Source: Octopus bimaculoides (lineage: Eukaryota). Taken from it: DNA of 55,870 bases. Location: the NCBI RefSeq assembly GCF_001194135.2, contig NC_068989.1, positions 66,018,972 through 66,074,841 of the forward strand, in the 5' to 3' direction. Made by a program: the position numbers and the translations under genes. The notes beneath the pieces are model-generated. The model was given only the letters and a program-made list of their open reading frames with translations. It was not told the DNA's origin and did no database searches. Position 1 is the stretch's first letter; every line of letters begins with the position of its first letter. Of this stretch, positions 12,855 to 25,816 are shown piece after piece.

Positions 12855-12943
12855 TGCAGCTGAAGATTGCTCTTCATATTGCATTTAAGGTAATGCTCAC
12901 ATTACTTAAATAAATTGAAGTAGCATGAAACGTGCGTACTGCA
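12855..12943 (+). ncRNA. type I hammerhead ribozyme motif, apparently intact
   Basis: Stem I TGCAG(12855-59)/CTGCA(12939-43); core CTGAAGA(12860-66); long stem II TGCTCTTCA...TGAAGTAGCA capped by GTAATG-CTCA-CATTAC; GAAA(12927-30); stem III ACGTGCGT; cleavage triplet GTA(12936-38). Confidence 0.8.
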
Positions 12944-13339
12944 ATCACTTTTGAAATCCGTGTTGCTTATTATTTGATATATATATATATATATATTTAT
13001 TTAGTTTGTTTTTCACGTTTTAGGAAAACAGGCGTGTGGAATTCGATATCCTTTATATATTTTGCTAATGCACATTAGAGATAGATATACATGTACACCT
13101 ACGCACATATACACACATATTTACATATTTACATGCACACGCACGCATACAGTCATATGTGTGTTTATGAGTATATGTGAATATTAGTTTTACGATGCAA
13201 ACCATATATGTAGCTCTGCTTCTATTCTATCGTAAGGCTGAGAAACAAACTGACCAAGCTGCAGTGTTTCTCTCAGTATCTAACTATGATTATTTTATTG
13301 TAACTTCACCATGAAAACTGCACAAAAGGAGATCCAGCC

Positions 13340-13790
13340 CGCTCACTTTAATTGACACATGCACGGTAACTGCCGGGACAATTTAATGTTCCAGTTACTG
13401 CTACCTGATATGAGATGCTCAGGTTTCCAATGATTAGTATTTTTCTTAGAGCTACCACACAGTAACATACTACTACCTTCAGGAATCAATGGTCCTATGC
13501 ATACAATACTATAAGTATGTGAATTACAGTGTGACATCATTTTTGTCTTTGGGTAGCGACTGTTATTTGCTATTCGCAAATTATGAAAAATGGCTATATA
13601 TTTCCTTGAAACTTTGCTTATGTTACATTTATTCATATCCCCAAAGAATCTGTCTCATCACATGGCTCCTCAACTAATCCTGCTCATGATCAGAGATGCA
13701 TATATTGTCAGCCACTAAAGGCCATGCTCGGGTGGTTAAGGTCAAGCAGATGACATGCAGAATATTGAGCAGAATATTTGCTATAACGAT
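13340..13790. repeat. interspersed repeat fragment (SINE/RTE-related?)
   Basis: Resembles an abundant octopod repeat as I recall it (TGCTCATGATCAGAGATGCA...GGTCAAGCA...GAGCAGAATATTTGCT). No second copy in the window. Confidence 0.3.
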
Positions 13791-14799
13791 ATTTCTGCTT
13801 CAGTAACTCGGTGCTAAATTTATTTGAAATGTAATGGAAAATAGTCGTTTCAAACCATTGATGTCCAGATAACAAAAGCAAAGTTTGAAGGGAATAGTAG
13901 TGATTTCCTTTGATTTCTAGATGGAAGCAAATAGGAATAATTTTGCAACACAGTTTTATTTCTTTATTGTTATCACAGTATATATACTGTCATATTACAT
14001 ACCTTTATATCTATTGCTGCGTGTTGTTATCAATATTCTGATCTTATTGGCAACGACGCTGCTACTTTAATTTGTTCCACTAATATTATACATAATCTAA
14101 TTTATATATTATTTGCATACAATGTCAACGTATTGAGTTGACCTGATATAACAATACTTAACTGTAATTCTATATAAAATAATTCCACTGTGAAATGTAT
14201 CACAGGGTTCTTCTTTGGAACAATTATATATCTGGGGTAATAATTAATTATCAAACATCTCAATTGCCAAAGTGTTTCAGTTCGATACTCAATTTGATTG
14301 ACTGACATTGAATACAAGTACAAAACAGAAAAGCAGATTTGTTTCTTTCTGAGTAATAGATAAACATCTTTGTGTTTTTCAGAGGGTGGAATCGATATAG
14401 AAGTAAAACCGGTCAAATGGACTACTGCACTATATTTCGTATGATATTTAGTAAATGTCTTTATGGTCGTCGGAGCTCCAATTTCATCGGTGTTCATGTT
14501 TGCCTTTCATCTCCCTTTGTTCAATAATATAAGTAGTAGTAGATTACTTGGGTCGATTGAATCAAATTTAAACCTGTACTACAAATGTGTGACCTTTTCG
14601 CAAAAATTAGAAACCAATGATATAGAAAAGAAAATGTTTGAGAAAACGCGACGTCTATTCATTTCTATATACATCCAATTATATACATCCAATAATATAC
14701 AAAGGAAGGTTGAACTTTACAACGCAGACATTTACGAGACGTTAACATCATTTCGTTTTAAGACGAATAATTTTCTACTTAAAGCTACTTCATAGACAC

Positions 14800-14879
14800 T
14801 GCTACTTCTACAACTACTATTTCTTCTTCTTCTTCTTCTTCTTCTTCTTCTTCTTCTTCTTCTTCTTCTTCTTCTTCTT

Positions 14880-14925
<46 letters not shown>

Positions 14926-14952
14926 CGCTGCAGCTGCTACTGCTGCTGCTGA

Positions 14953-15013
<61 letters not shown>
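14800..15013. repeat. compound (TTC)n(TAC)n(TGC)n(TAC)n microsatellite
   Basis: Directly visible. Confidence 0.95.
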
Positions 15014-15099
15014 GGATATATCATATGTATTTGTCAATTATAGCGTCGTTGGTCAAAGCTCTAGATTTTATCCATCAAAATATTAAACTGAAATTAAAT

Positions 15100-16165
15100 G
15101 AGGACTGGATTGTAAATATTTTTGCAATTTCTGCAACTGCAAAAGTCCTAAAAGTTTTCTTTCGGACTATAGTGAGTTGGTTAATCATATTCTGTGTGGT
15201 ATTTGTCCAGCATAGACAAGATTACTTTAGACTGAATAAGATTTGTGTTTTGCAAATGGCACCTTCTTCCTTTTTGTTCATTTTGCCTGCAGTTTTACGT
15301 AGCACTTCAATCCTTTATGCTACTTTGTTACTAATTATAGAATTATGTCATGCGCACTGCAGCCTGTTATTTATCAAGTTACGTCCAGGATGTTCAAGTG
15401 GCTGTTCGATAGGCAGTCTGCATTTCCCGACGTGTTATATACGGTTTGATGAGTTTCCTCTCTTTGATTCCTTGATTGAACCAACGATTTCCATTTTGAA
15501 AGTTCAGATGTTAATTCAATTGTTTGACTAGACTTACATCCTGAAAAGATCTCTGTTTAAACTTCAGTCACATTACTATCCTTACTCGATATTTTTGGTT
15601 AAATCAGCTTGGAATCGTCCATATGGAGATACAGCTTGTTTCACAGTTGTGTGTTATCGGGTCATCCACGAAGGTTTTAGTTGTTGTCTGTGTACTTTTT
15701 TTAGATTCGAGCTTGGTATTTACACCTTTATACTAAACTCTATAAATATGCCTCTTTGATGCAAAAGTGTCTGACATGATTTCTGGTTTGTGTCAGAGGA
15801 GCATTTCCAAGCAAGGAGATAAGAGTGAGAGGAATTGTGTTATGGTTTGTTCAGAATTAAAATAGCAATTTAGGAATGAGTTGGTTATTAAAAAGCTTTT
15901 GAGATGTTTGTAGACTACTGACTCCACTAATTAGTTGATGGGACTAAATAGTGAAATTGATCGATATTTTGATGGATAAGATCTAGAGCTTCCCTCTTCT
16001 TTGTAGGAATCATAGAGGTGATCTTCAAATTGTCTGGAAATACAATGAAGCGAGGGAGAATTGAAAAAAGGAGACATAATAGGCCGGTAATTTCGCAACA
16101 TCCTTTCTTCAGAATTCTAGTGGGAATAAAATCAGATCTGCTGGTTATAAGAGGTTGAGACACTG
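15100..16165 (-). mobile_element. heavily degraded APE-type LINE RT (CR1/L2/Jockey group)
   Basis: Ordered RT relics on the minus strand: SRSDFIPTRILKKGCCEITGLLCLLF...FPDNLKITSMIPTKK; PSKYRSISLFS (NYRPISLLS); VESVVYKHLKSFL; HMDDSKL (YADD-like); LNRDLFRM; NNRLQ..HNSIISNKVA*RIEVLRK. Confidence 0.75.
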
Positions 16166-16699
16166 CATAATCGTCTTGATATCCTTTGTGTTAACGATCA
16201 TCTATCATAGATTTGCATGAAAAGATGGGACTTACCATCATTTCAGTAAACGTAATACAACGATATATATATATATATATANNNNNNNNNNNNNNNNNNN
16301 NNNNNNNNNNNNNNNNNNNNNNNNNNNNNNNNNNNNNNNNNNNNNNNNNNNNNNNNNNNNNNNNNNNNNNNNNNNNNNNNNNNNNNNNNNNNNNNNNNNN
16401 NNNNNNNNNNNNNNNNNNNNNNNNNNNNNNNNNNNNNNNNNNNNNNNNNNNNNNNNNNNNNNNNNNNNNNNNNNNNNNNNNNNNNNNNNNNNNNNNTATA
16501 TATATATATATATATGAGTTTTTTTAACAATGTGATGCTTATATACACAACTTATTTGAAATTATATTACCATAACATCAGTGCCATTTGAAGGAGAGGT
16601 TTAGCTGTTATATCTATTTACTCGTGTAACCACTTTGACGTTTTTTTTATCTATTCCTCATTATACTTGTTACTAATATTGATGTTTTACCTTCAATGC

Positions 16700-17580
16700 G
16701 TCGAGCTGGGAGAAACATTACCACGCCGAACGAAAGTCTTAGCGGATTTTCGTCTGTATTTTACGTCCTGAGTTCAAATTCCGCCGAGGCCGACTTTGCC
16801 TTTCAACCTTTCGAGGTCGATAAATTAATATCAGTTGTGTACTGGGGTTGATCTAAATGACTGGCCTCCTCACCAAAAATTTCGGGCTTTGTGCCTTTTC
16901 AATTCGGTGAGCTGGCAGAATCGTTAGCCAGCCAGAGAAAACGTTTGACGGCAGTCTGTCTATGTTCTGAGTTCAAATTCCGCCGAGGTCGACTTTATCC
17001 TTTCATCCGTTCAGGGCCGATAAAATAAATACCATTTGATTAATGGGATCGATGTAACTGACTTATCCCTTCCTCCTAAATTGCTGGCCTTGTGCTAAAA
17101 TTTGAAATCAATATTGTTGCTTTTGCATTCAAGTCGGTGAGCTGGCAGAATCGGTAAGCACGTCAGTCAAAATGCTTAGTGGCATTCTGTCTGTCCTTAC
17201 GTTGTGAGTTCAGATTCCGCCGAGGTCGACTTAGCCTTTCCTCCTTTTCGGGATCGATAAAATAGATACCAGTTGATCACTGGGATCTATGTAACCGATT
17301 TACACACCCCTCCCTCCCAAACTGCTTACCTTATGCTCACGATAAGTTATTTCTCTTTATACTGTCATAGCACTAGTTCAAATAGTAAACAGGATTTGTC
17401 CAGGAATTCTGTGTTCAAATCCTAATGTGGTCAACTTTGCCTTTCATCTTTCCGAGGTAGAAATTATAAATAAAGAGCTACTTAAAGGCGACGGATTGTC
17501 AGAATTATTACAGCTTTGAAATGGGTTCTTGTATAGTAAGTTCCTCCGGTTCTTTGCGTCCTGAGTTCAAATTTCACTTA
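16700..17580 (+). mobile_element. head-to-tail array of about five family-A tRNA-SINE copies
   Basis: Heads at about 16700, 16906 and 17136 (GGTGAGCTGGCAGAATCG), plus degraded units near 17360 and 17476. Each has a GAGTTCAAAT-like B box; the first four also keep a GCCTTTCATCCTTTCGGGGTCGATAAA-like core. Confidence 0.85.
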
Positions 17581-18539
17581 AGGATACGATCCCCATCGAT
17601 ATACTCGAGATGCTGATCAGTCGAAAACGGCAATACTATTGATTACACAAGCTGCAATCAATGAAGTATGCGATCGTCTGCTACACCAATTTGAATGACG
17701 ATAACGAATGACTACAACATCGACGACGGTCAACATCATGAAAATTAGCAGCAACAGCATTCTTATAATCATTATTTTCTTGTTTTTGTCGTCGTCGTTT
17801 CTCCTTTTACCCCCTCATTTTTATTCTGTCTATAAAAGTGTTTCCATTTATTTATTCATTTATTTATTTGCTTCATTTACTTTTTATCATAAAAGTCTTT
17901 TTCTCAATCTATCTCTCTCTCTCTCTTTCTCTCTCGTACTTTCTGTATATAAAAATATATAAGCACACAAACATACACATATCTTTTGATCTTCACCCAC
18001 CTCTCTCTCTCTCTATTACACTCAGAGAGCAATTATTTGTTCATAACATTATTTGAAACGTTAGTGCTTAAATATTTAATCTTGTTATTGTATCTTTTGT
18101 GTTATACATGTTAAAAAAAGAGAGCGTATAAATGTCAATAGATATATAAACGTACACACAGCAAATAAGACAACGTACACATAAGAAAAAAAGAATTCCA
18201 TTCGAAATATATTGTATGTCTGTGTGTGTGAGTGTGTGTGAGTGTGTCTCTGTGCGCGCGTTTATGTGTGCGCGTGTGTATGTGTGCGCGCGTTTATATG
18301 TGCGTGCGTGTGTGTGCGTGAGGGTGTATCTGTACGTGTGTGTGGACATGTGTCTCAGTGTGTATATATGTGCGGTTGTATAGCTATGCACACAGACATA
18401 AGGGTACGTAAGTATACACCTATGAATACATACGCACCCATCTATATTTTTATACACATATGCATATATATATGTGTGTGTGTGTCTGTATAAAAGCATG
18501 TATATCTCTCTATCCATGACGTCACGAACATATACAACC

Positions 18540-18579
<40 letters not shown>

Positions 18580-18820
18580 GTATACACACGCACGCACACA
18601 TACACACATATATATGAATATATATATATCGATATATACATATATACACACGTATAAAAAAGTACCTATGTATGTAGATTTATACATGTGAACGCCCACA
18701 TATCTTTTTATGTATGGAAATATGTTTTCGCTTGTTTTTGTAGGTGTGTATATATAAAAGAGAGAGATAGAGATAGGGAGACACAGATTGACAGACAAAT
18801 TAATGAGTTAGAGAAAGTTA

Positions 18821-18871
<51 letters not shown>

Positions 18872-19468
18872 ATTTACATGTATGCATGTATATACATGAA
18901 CATACATATACACACGTATATATACGAGCGTGCCCACACACACAGGTATATATATACACATATATATGCAGACTTAAATGTATACACATGTGAATACACA
19001 AACACATGACATGTCGAATAAAATTATTCAATCTGCAGTAGCAATAAAACTTTAATAAAAACCAGTTATAATTTGTAATAGTTCGGAGTCACTTATCAGA
19101 TCTGGCTTCAGGCAAATTTTCCTCTGATATAGCCTTTTGTTTCGGTTTGCGTTTTAACCTCCATATTCTCTTACCCTCACCTTACGATGTGGCGCTTGAT
19201 GGCGTTGGTGGAAGAGCAATATTACCGCAACAAATGCCGTCATTTTGTCGCAGAATCAATCATTATTGGAAAATGATAACTTTGTAGCTGTATATCATTC
19301 GTGTTACTTGTAGCAAAGTATATCATTCGTTTCACAAATTCGCAAACATAATTGATTGTAATGTTATTAATGTTTATTTTTTTTTCCAATTTTAAACAGA
19401 CAAAAAAATTGGTAAATTTGTTGATGTTTCTGAATATATGTTTGCATATGTGAATGTCGCGATACACA

Positions 19469-19500
<32 letters not shown>

Positions 19501-19897
19501 NNNNNNNNNNNNNNNNNNNNNNNNNNNNNNNNNNNNNNNNNNNNNNNNNNNNNNNNNNNNNNNNNNNNNNNNNNNNNNNNNNNNNNNNNNNNNNNNNNNN
19601 NNNNNNNNNNNNNNNNNNNNNNNNNNNNNNNNNNNNNNNNNNNNNNNNNNNNNNNNNNNNNNNNNNNNNNNNNNNNNNNNNNNNNNNNNNNNNNNNNNNN
19701 NNNNNNNNNNNNNNNNNNNNNNNNNNNNNNNNNNNNNNNNNNNNNNNNNNNNNNNNNNNNNNNNNNNNNNNNNNNNNNNNNNNNNNNNNNNNNNNNNNNN
19801 NNNNNNNNNNNNNNNNNNNNNNNNNNNNNNNNNNNNNNNNNNNNNNNNNNNNNNNNNNNNNNNNNNNNNNNNNNNNNNNNNNNNNNNNNNNNNNNNN

Positions 19898-19951
<54 letters not shown>

Positions 19952-20986
19952 TAATCAAAAAGTCTCTCACACACACGCACACGTATACATGTATATTAAT
20001 GTTAAATTTTAAGAGCTTATAGAAAACATTTTACATTAAACTGATGATTTATTTAATACTTTGTAGTAGAGTACATATTAATTAAGAATGTCTCTGAAAA
20101 GGCTGCCAGTGATATCGAAGTTACGACTTAACAACTGTCATCAGAAATCTACTTTGATGGTTGGTAAACCGAAACTTCGAAGGACCCGTCACCCTCTTTA
20201 TTTAAAAATTAAGTTATATATAAGTAGATATACGTACGCACACATATATATACATATATCTATATACGTATGTATATACATATGTGCATGAGCTTGTATG
20301 TATGTCTGTCTGTCTGTGCCTGTGTCTGTGTACACAAATAAAATACGTACATACACAAGCTGTGCGATCACTGAGGGACAAATGGACCTCTAGTTCTTGC
20401 TAAAAGCTGGGTGAGAGATAGATATGACCCCGGCACCTCAGAGTCGAGCAATCTATCTAAAATAGAGAAGACTTTGAATTCAAATTCTTGCTGATCCTGC
20501 TGATCCTTGGAAGGTGGAGTAGAATTTGGAATACCTTGATATAATATCTGGTAATTTGGCATTGCACGATTGTCTCACAACTTAGTCCCATCGGAGATAT
20601 TGTGTCCTTCTCAGAAATATGGCTTGCAGTCGTGCAGTGATATATATATATATATATATATATATANNNNNNNNNNNNNNNNNNNNNNNNNNNNNNNNNN
20701 NNNNNNNNNNNNNNNNNNNNNNNNNNNNNNNNNNNNNNNNNNNNNNNNNNNNNNNNNNNNNNNNNNNNNNNNNNNNNNNNNNNNNNNNNNNNNNNTATAT
20801 ATATGGAAGACCGACGAACGTCTAGCATTTAAATTTGGGATTAAAAGCTGTATCAACCACATCTTTGAATGCCACTGAAGCGTACCAAAGTACCAAAGCT
20901 TTCGCGCTCGCCATCCAGAGTAAACAAGTAATGTAACACCTTCGGCCTGAAAGATCTGCGACTTTTCAATACCTTCTCAAAACTCA

Positions 20987-22278
20987 TCAACGAAATTTTC
21001 ACGCAAAACTTATATGCGCACGATATGTAAAAATCGTGATGTTCCGTAAAACAACACAGTAACTACAGACATTTACCAAATTTACGTAAACTTTCAATAT
21101 TTAAAATTATTAGTGAGGTGTAATTAAAAACTCATATAATCAAGAAAATACCAATTTAATTGTTTGATTAACACATACAGTTATAAACATGAAAAAAAAG
21201 AAATCAACAAAAGACAGCGTCCAAAAATGATAGGTAAGCTGGTTAATAAGGGATATATGAGCCTTTGTTTGAAATAAGTTAGAAAAGGTGATGGCCCATG
21301 TAACAAGATAGTTTCAAGATCTCCTCTGGTGTTATATCACGTGACATATCCACTATTGCATGCCACAGTTCATTCTTGCTTCTAAACTGGCGTCCATTCT
21401 CGTAAACTCGTTGTTTTAGAATACTCCACAAGTTTTCTATCGAGTTTAAGTCCGGGGAACAGGCAGGCCACTTCATATTCCGAGGTCCACAGATTCCTGA
21501 TTGTTGCAGATACTTCGTAATTTTCTACGCTGAATGCGAGGGCAGATTATCTTGCATGAATATTATGGTCGTCTTGAAGGTGATCCTTTACTTTTTTAAC
21601 GAAGATTCAAAGTACTCCTTCAAAAAGGTTATGTAAATATCCGCCGTCATTTTAACACCATTAAGCACATTCCAAGTAATTCCCAAATCATGATGCCTCC
21701 TCCCCCATGCTGGTGTCTCAAGCATTGGTGATGATCTCGTCCATTTACAACACATCCCTTGTTCCAACCATCAGATCTATCAAGGAGTGCACGAGTTTTG
21801 TCCGCAAACAAAACTTTCGAAAAAAAAACGACACTGGGTAGTTCTGGATACAGTTGTTTCGCCAATGTGTTTCAAAAGTACTCTACTTGTAAGACCTGGG
21901 TTCTTTACGCCTAATTTGTGAGAGAGAACGTTGAGAAATAGCCCTCGACTGACACTTGTCGCTCTCTTAGGTATCTTCGTAGGAGCTGTAACAAACTTTT
22001 TCACAGATTGGTGATATCTTCCAATTATTTTAGTTGTTTCTAATGTTGATTTACCTATTGCAACTTCAGAAGTAATAACAGATTTCTCTGAAGCACTTAA
22101 GTCACATTACAACCCATAATTACACGATTATCAGACCACTTGTTAATCATTTGGAACACTGAAAGTTCGTGGAAATCGTGTAAGTAGCCACTGTTTGTTT
22201 ACGCTTGCGCAAAACCTTACGTATTTTACAGACCACGCGCATATAACTGTTGCCATCATTCTGTGGAAATTTCGTTGA
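20987..22278 (-). mobile_element. Tc1-like DD37E (TRT family) transposon, decayed, with long degenerate TIRs
   Basis: FSKVLFADKTRALLDRSDGW...RHQHGGGGIMIW; [44 protein letters not shown], with 37 residues counted between D and E. Inverted similarity of about 130 bp between the ends (TCAACGAAATTT..CAC..TTATATGCGC..TGTAAAA..CGT). Confidence 0.85.
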
Positions 22279-22333
22279 ATTCCAACGATTATTTTTTAAT
22301 CAAGAAAATATTACGTCATTAATTTGAAACATA

Positions 22334-22375
<42 letters not shown>

Positions 22376-22452
22376 NNNNNNNNNNNNNNNNNNNNNNNNN
22401 NNNNNNNNNNNNNNNNNNNNNNNNNNNNNNNNNNNNNNNNNNNNNNNNNNNN

Positions 22453-22497
<45 letters not shown>

Positions 22498-23390
22498 TGT
22501 GTATGTATAAAATGTGTATGTGCGTACAATTGATATATATAATATGTATATAAACATACATGCATGCATGCATACTTATGAAATTTAAAAGTAAATTCCA
22601 TGTCGAGCCTATAGGTCAATTACGGTGCAGATTATCTCACCGTCTGTGAGTTTAAGCGCTAATAAAATATACGGAAGTCTATGACTGCCTGTAAATGTAA
22701 ATATATATCTTATTTCAGTGCACAGTTCTTGCACTATATACTCCTCCCTCAGCTGGTGGGATAGCTTAGGAAATAAACAAGTGAAACGTTTTGGAAGTAC
22801 TGGCTTAAGGGTTTCCCGAATTAATCACCTTTTATTACTGAAAGTCAGAGGTCTTTTTTTTTTCGCTTTATTTCGACAGGATGTTTATTTTGAACTGAAA
22901 ATAATATCGCAAGGCATATATTCTGATTAGCATTTCGCTAATTCACCTCATTGGATAAGCATTTTTTATCTCCTAAAACTTGTATTAAAAACAAATTTTC
23001 TTAGGATCAGCAATTAAACCACTCTCCGTGGTGTTTACTTTGTTTTATTGAAGGCCAAAAGTTAGGGATTTATGCAGGCCTTCCTTTTCCGAGGCACTGA
23101 CGTTGCCGAAGTAAAAGACATTTACCGTTATATTTTAGTACCTGTGCGTGGAAGGCGTTGGCGTCATGGACGTAAAATCATCCTTACCAATAATAGTATC
23201 TCAACTGATATATATATATATATATTGTGCTTTATTTGCCACCAAAGGGAAGAAACGCAATGTTAGGCTCACCGGGAATTGAACTAGAAGCAAAAGATTA
23301 TGTTACGAATAACACAACGAATTCTAGCTGATGTTTATAACAATTTTGCTAACTCTAACAAGTACACGCAGACAGACATGTTTATGTGTG

Positions 23391-23510
<120 letters not shown>

Positions 23511-23524
23511 AGTGTTAAATAAAA

Positions 23525-24270
23525 TGAGACAACAAAGCCAAAGCTGTGTGGAATTTTCAGGACATTTATAAAGAGAAAGTTAGTCTAACAGCGGTTTCTG
23601 GGCTATTAGGGATATCTGGGATATCCCTTCATCAGGGACGATGTGTGGTGGTTTAATAGAAGGAAATATTAGAGTCTTATATGAGGAGATATTTTGGAAA
23701 AGGAAGCAAATAAGGAGTATTAAGGGAAATTGGAGAATGAATGTAGAAATAAAAATAAACGTGTATAAAAAGATTATAGTTGCAGTTCCATTACCCAATG
23801 AAAGTGGTGTGTAGAAGTGGTAGAAATGCTTCCTGTCCGTGGTATGTAAATTCCAATAGGAATTCATGTTTCGCCATCACAAATGGAAAGTGTGGAGACG
23901 TAGATTCTATGAGCTGTTTATTCAAAGGTGTCTTGTGGTGTCAATGAAAATTTGAGAATGTATTCGTAGTATCATGTGGATACAGAGGGGAGAAGAAATG
24001 TGTATGGTAAAATGAAGAGAGAAGTCAAAGGAAAAGGTGACAAAAGAAGAAGGAAAGAAAGAGGAAGGGAAAACGGAAACAAGAAGAGAAAGTGAAAAAA
24101 GTGTAAGAAAGTGAAAAGGAGTGTTAGTTGGTGGTCAAGATATTATGAGGGGAGGAGTTGGGGAGGAGTGGGAAGAGATGGTATAAGAGGGTTTTTTTCT
24201 AAAGTGAGTAGTAAACCACAAATTGGAAGGAAAGAATGGTAAGAATTGTCAAGTTTCTATAAATAGACTT
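23525..24270 (-). mobile_element. ORF-less repeat with a pyrimidine-rich sense strand, ending shortly after a hammerhead motif (pLTR/retrozyme-like)
   Basis: Strong purine skew on + strand from 23650 to 24250. Hammerhead at 23583-23639. Terminal GCTTTGTTGTCTCATTTTATTTA resembles the sequence downstream of the 43059 hammerhead. Confidence 0.5.
23583..23639 (-). ncRNA. type I hammerhead ribozyme motif
   Basis: Minus strand GTCC-CTGATGA-A-GGG(ATATCCCAGATATCCCTAATAG)CCC-A-GAAAC-CGCT-GTT-AGAC. Stem I has 3 of 4 pairs. Stem III is one substitution from the palindrome ACAGCTGT. Confidence 0.65.
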
Positions 24271-24436
24271 ATGTGTTTATTCTACTGGCTAATGTGATAG
24301 CGTCGGCAGAGGAATCAGAGACAAGGAAAGAAAGAAGTGTATATTGATATACGCACTCACACGCATATACATGCATGTGTGTATTCATTATTATAGAGAC
24401 CTGCGTACTTGTGTATTTAAACCCGTACGCATGCAT

Positions 24437-24665
24437 ACGTCCAGTATTGTAGAGAGGAGGATGACTAGTTCCTTTTTAAAGACATCTATTTCCACCTTAT
24501 GCAGATTTCTTAAATTTTCTGGCTGGGCATTAGAGAGCTGTGGGCCTTCAACCCTAGGGTACTGCAGTGCCTTGTCCTGAATTCAGATAAAGTGGATGGT
24601 AACTTTGGTGCATTACAAGGGCGGCCAAGTCTGGCATTTGTATAGCACTCAATGCTGAAATTACG
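24437..24665 (-). mobile_element. CR1/L2-group LINE, C-terminal ORF2 fragment
   Basis: NARLGRPCNAPKLP...RTRHCSTLGLK, frameshift, PQL.NAQPENLRNLHKVEIDVFKKELVILLSTILD; matches the GPxLFNxLPxxLRN...VDxFKxxLDxxLxxIPD end motif. Confidence 0.7.
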
Positions 24666-24720
24666 TACTAGCTCTCTCTCTCTCTCACTCTCTCTCACTC
24701 TCTCTCTCTCTCTCTCTCTT

Positions 24721-24776
<56 letters not shown>

Positions 24777-25784
24777 NNNNNNNNNNNNNNNNNNNNNNNN
24801 NNNNNNNNNNNNNNNNNNNNNNNNNNNNNNNNNNNNNNNNNNNNNNNNNNNNNNNNNNNNNNNNNNNNNNNNNNNNNNNNNNNNNNNNNNNNNNNNNNNN
24901 NNNNNNNNNNNNNNNNNNNNNNNNNNNNNNNNNNNNNNNNNNNNNNNNNNNNNNNNNNNNNNNNNNNNNNNNNNNNNNNNNNNNNNNNNNNNNNNNNNNN
25001 NNNNNNNNNNNNNNNNNNNNNNNNNNNNNNNNNNNNNNNNNNNNNNNNNNNNNNNNNNNNNNNNNNNNNNNNNNNNNNNNNNNNNNNNNNNNNNNNNNNN
25101 NNNNNNNNNNNNNNNNNNNNNNNNNNNNNNNNNNNNNNNNNNNNNNNNNNNNNNNNNNNNNNNNNNNNNNNNNNNNNNNNNNNNNNNTATATATATATAT
25201 ATATATTAAATGGCGCCTACTTGAATTTTAAAATGCTTTCAACTGTGTAATTTGTATATATATATCCGCCTGATGAAGACGGTTTCTTTCGCATGACGCA
25301 ATGATTCTATTCATCAACAAAAAAACACGTCTGAGTGAGTGAACGACACTCCATCTGTTGTTAATTGTTTAAATACGTATGTATATATATATATGTGTGT
25401 GTGGGTGTGTGTACATACGCACATACATACATATGTACATACATATATACATATATATACATATGTATATAAGCAAATAACAATAGATGAAGTGTGGTTC
25501 GTTCACTCCTATGCACACACACCCACTCACTCATACATATATAGATACATACACACATACATACATACGCACATATTGCGATAAGTCATGGCCGCAAATC
25601 GATAACGGTTCTCTCGTATTTATGAGACCTTTCTTAGACTTGCAAGGTATGTAGGTATGTGGTTGTACATATGTGTACGTGTAGTTATGTAGTTATGTGC
25701 TGATTCCGCAGTACGAATGTGCTTGTGTGTGAAAACGTGGAGAGACAAAGAGATAGAGAATGATAGAGAGAGAGAAAGAGAGAA

Positions 25785-25816
<32 letters not shown>

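Noticed and set aside
12860-12889. 30-nt exon-like segment (polypyrimidine-CAG|CTGAAG...AAG|GTAATG, LKIALHIAFK in phase 0)
   Set aside because: Fully explained by the hammerhead core and stem II and its pyrimidine-rich carrier element; no partner exons found. It could still be exonised.
15025-15531. 168-aa + strand ORF
   Set aside because: Antisense shadow of the minus-strand LINE RT relic.
19184-19243. Minus-strand ATG...GTAAGG mini-exon (MTAFVAVILLFHQRHQAPH)
   Set aside because: No homology or downstream exon; compatible with chance.
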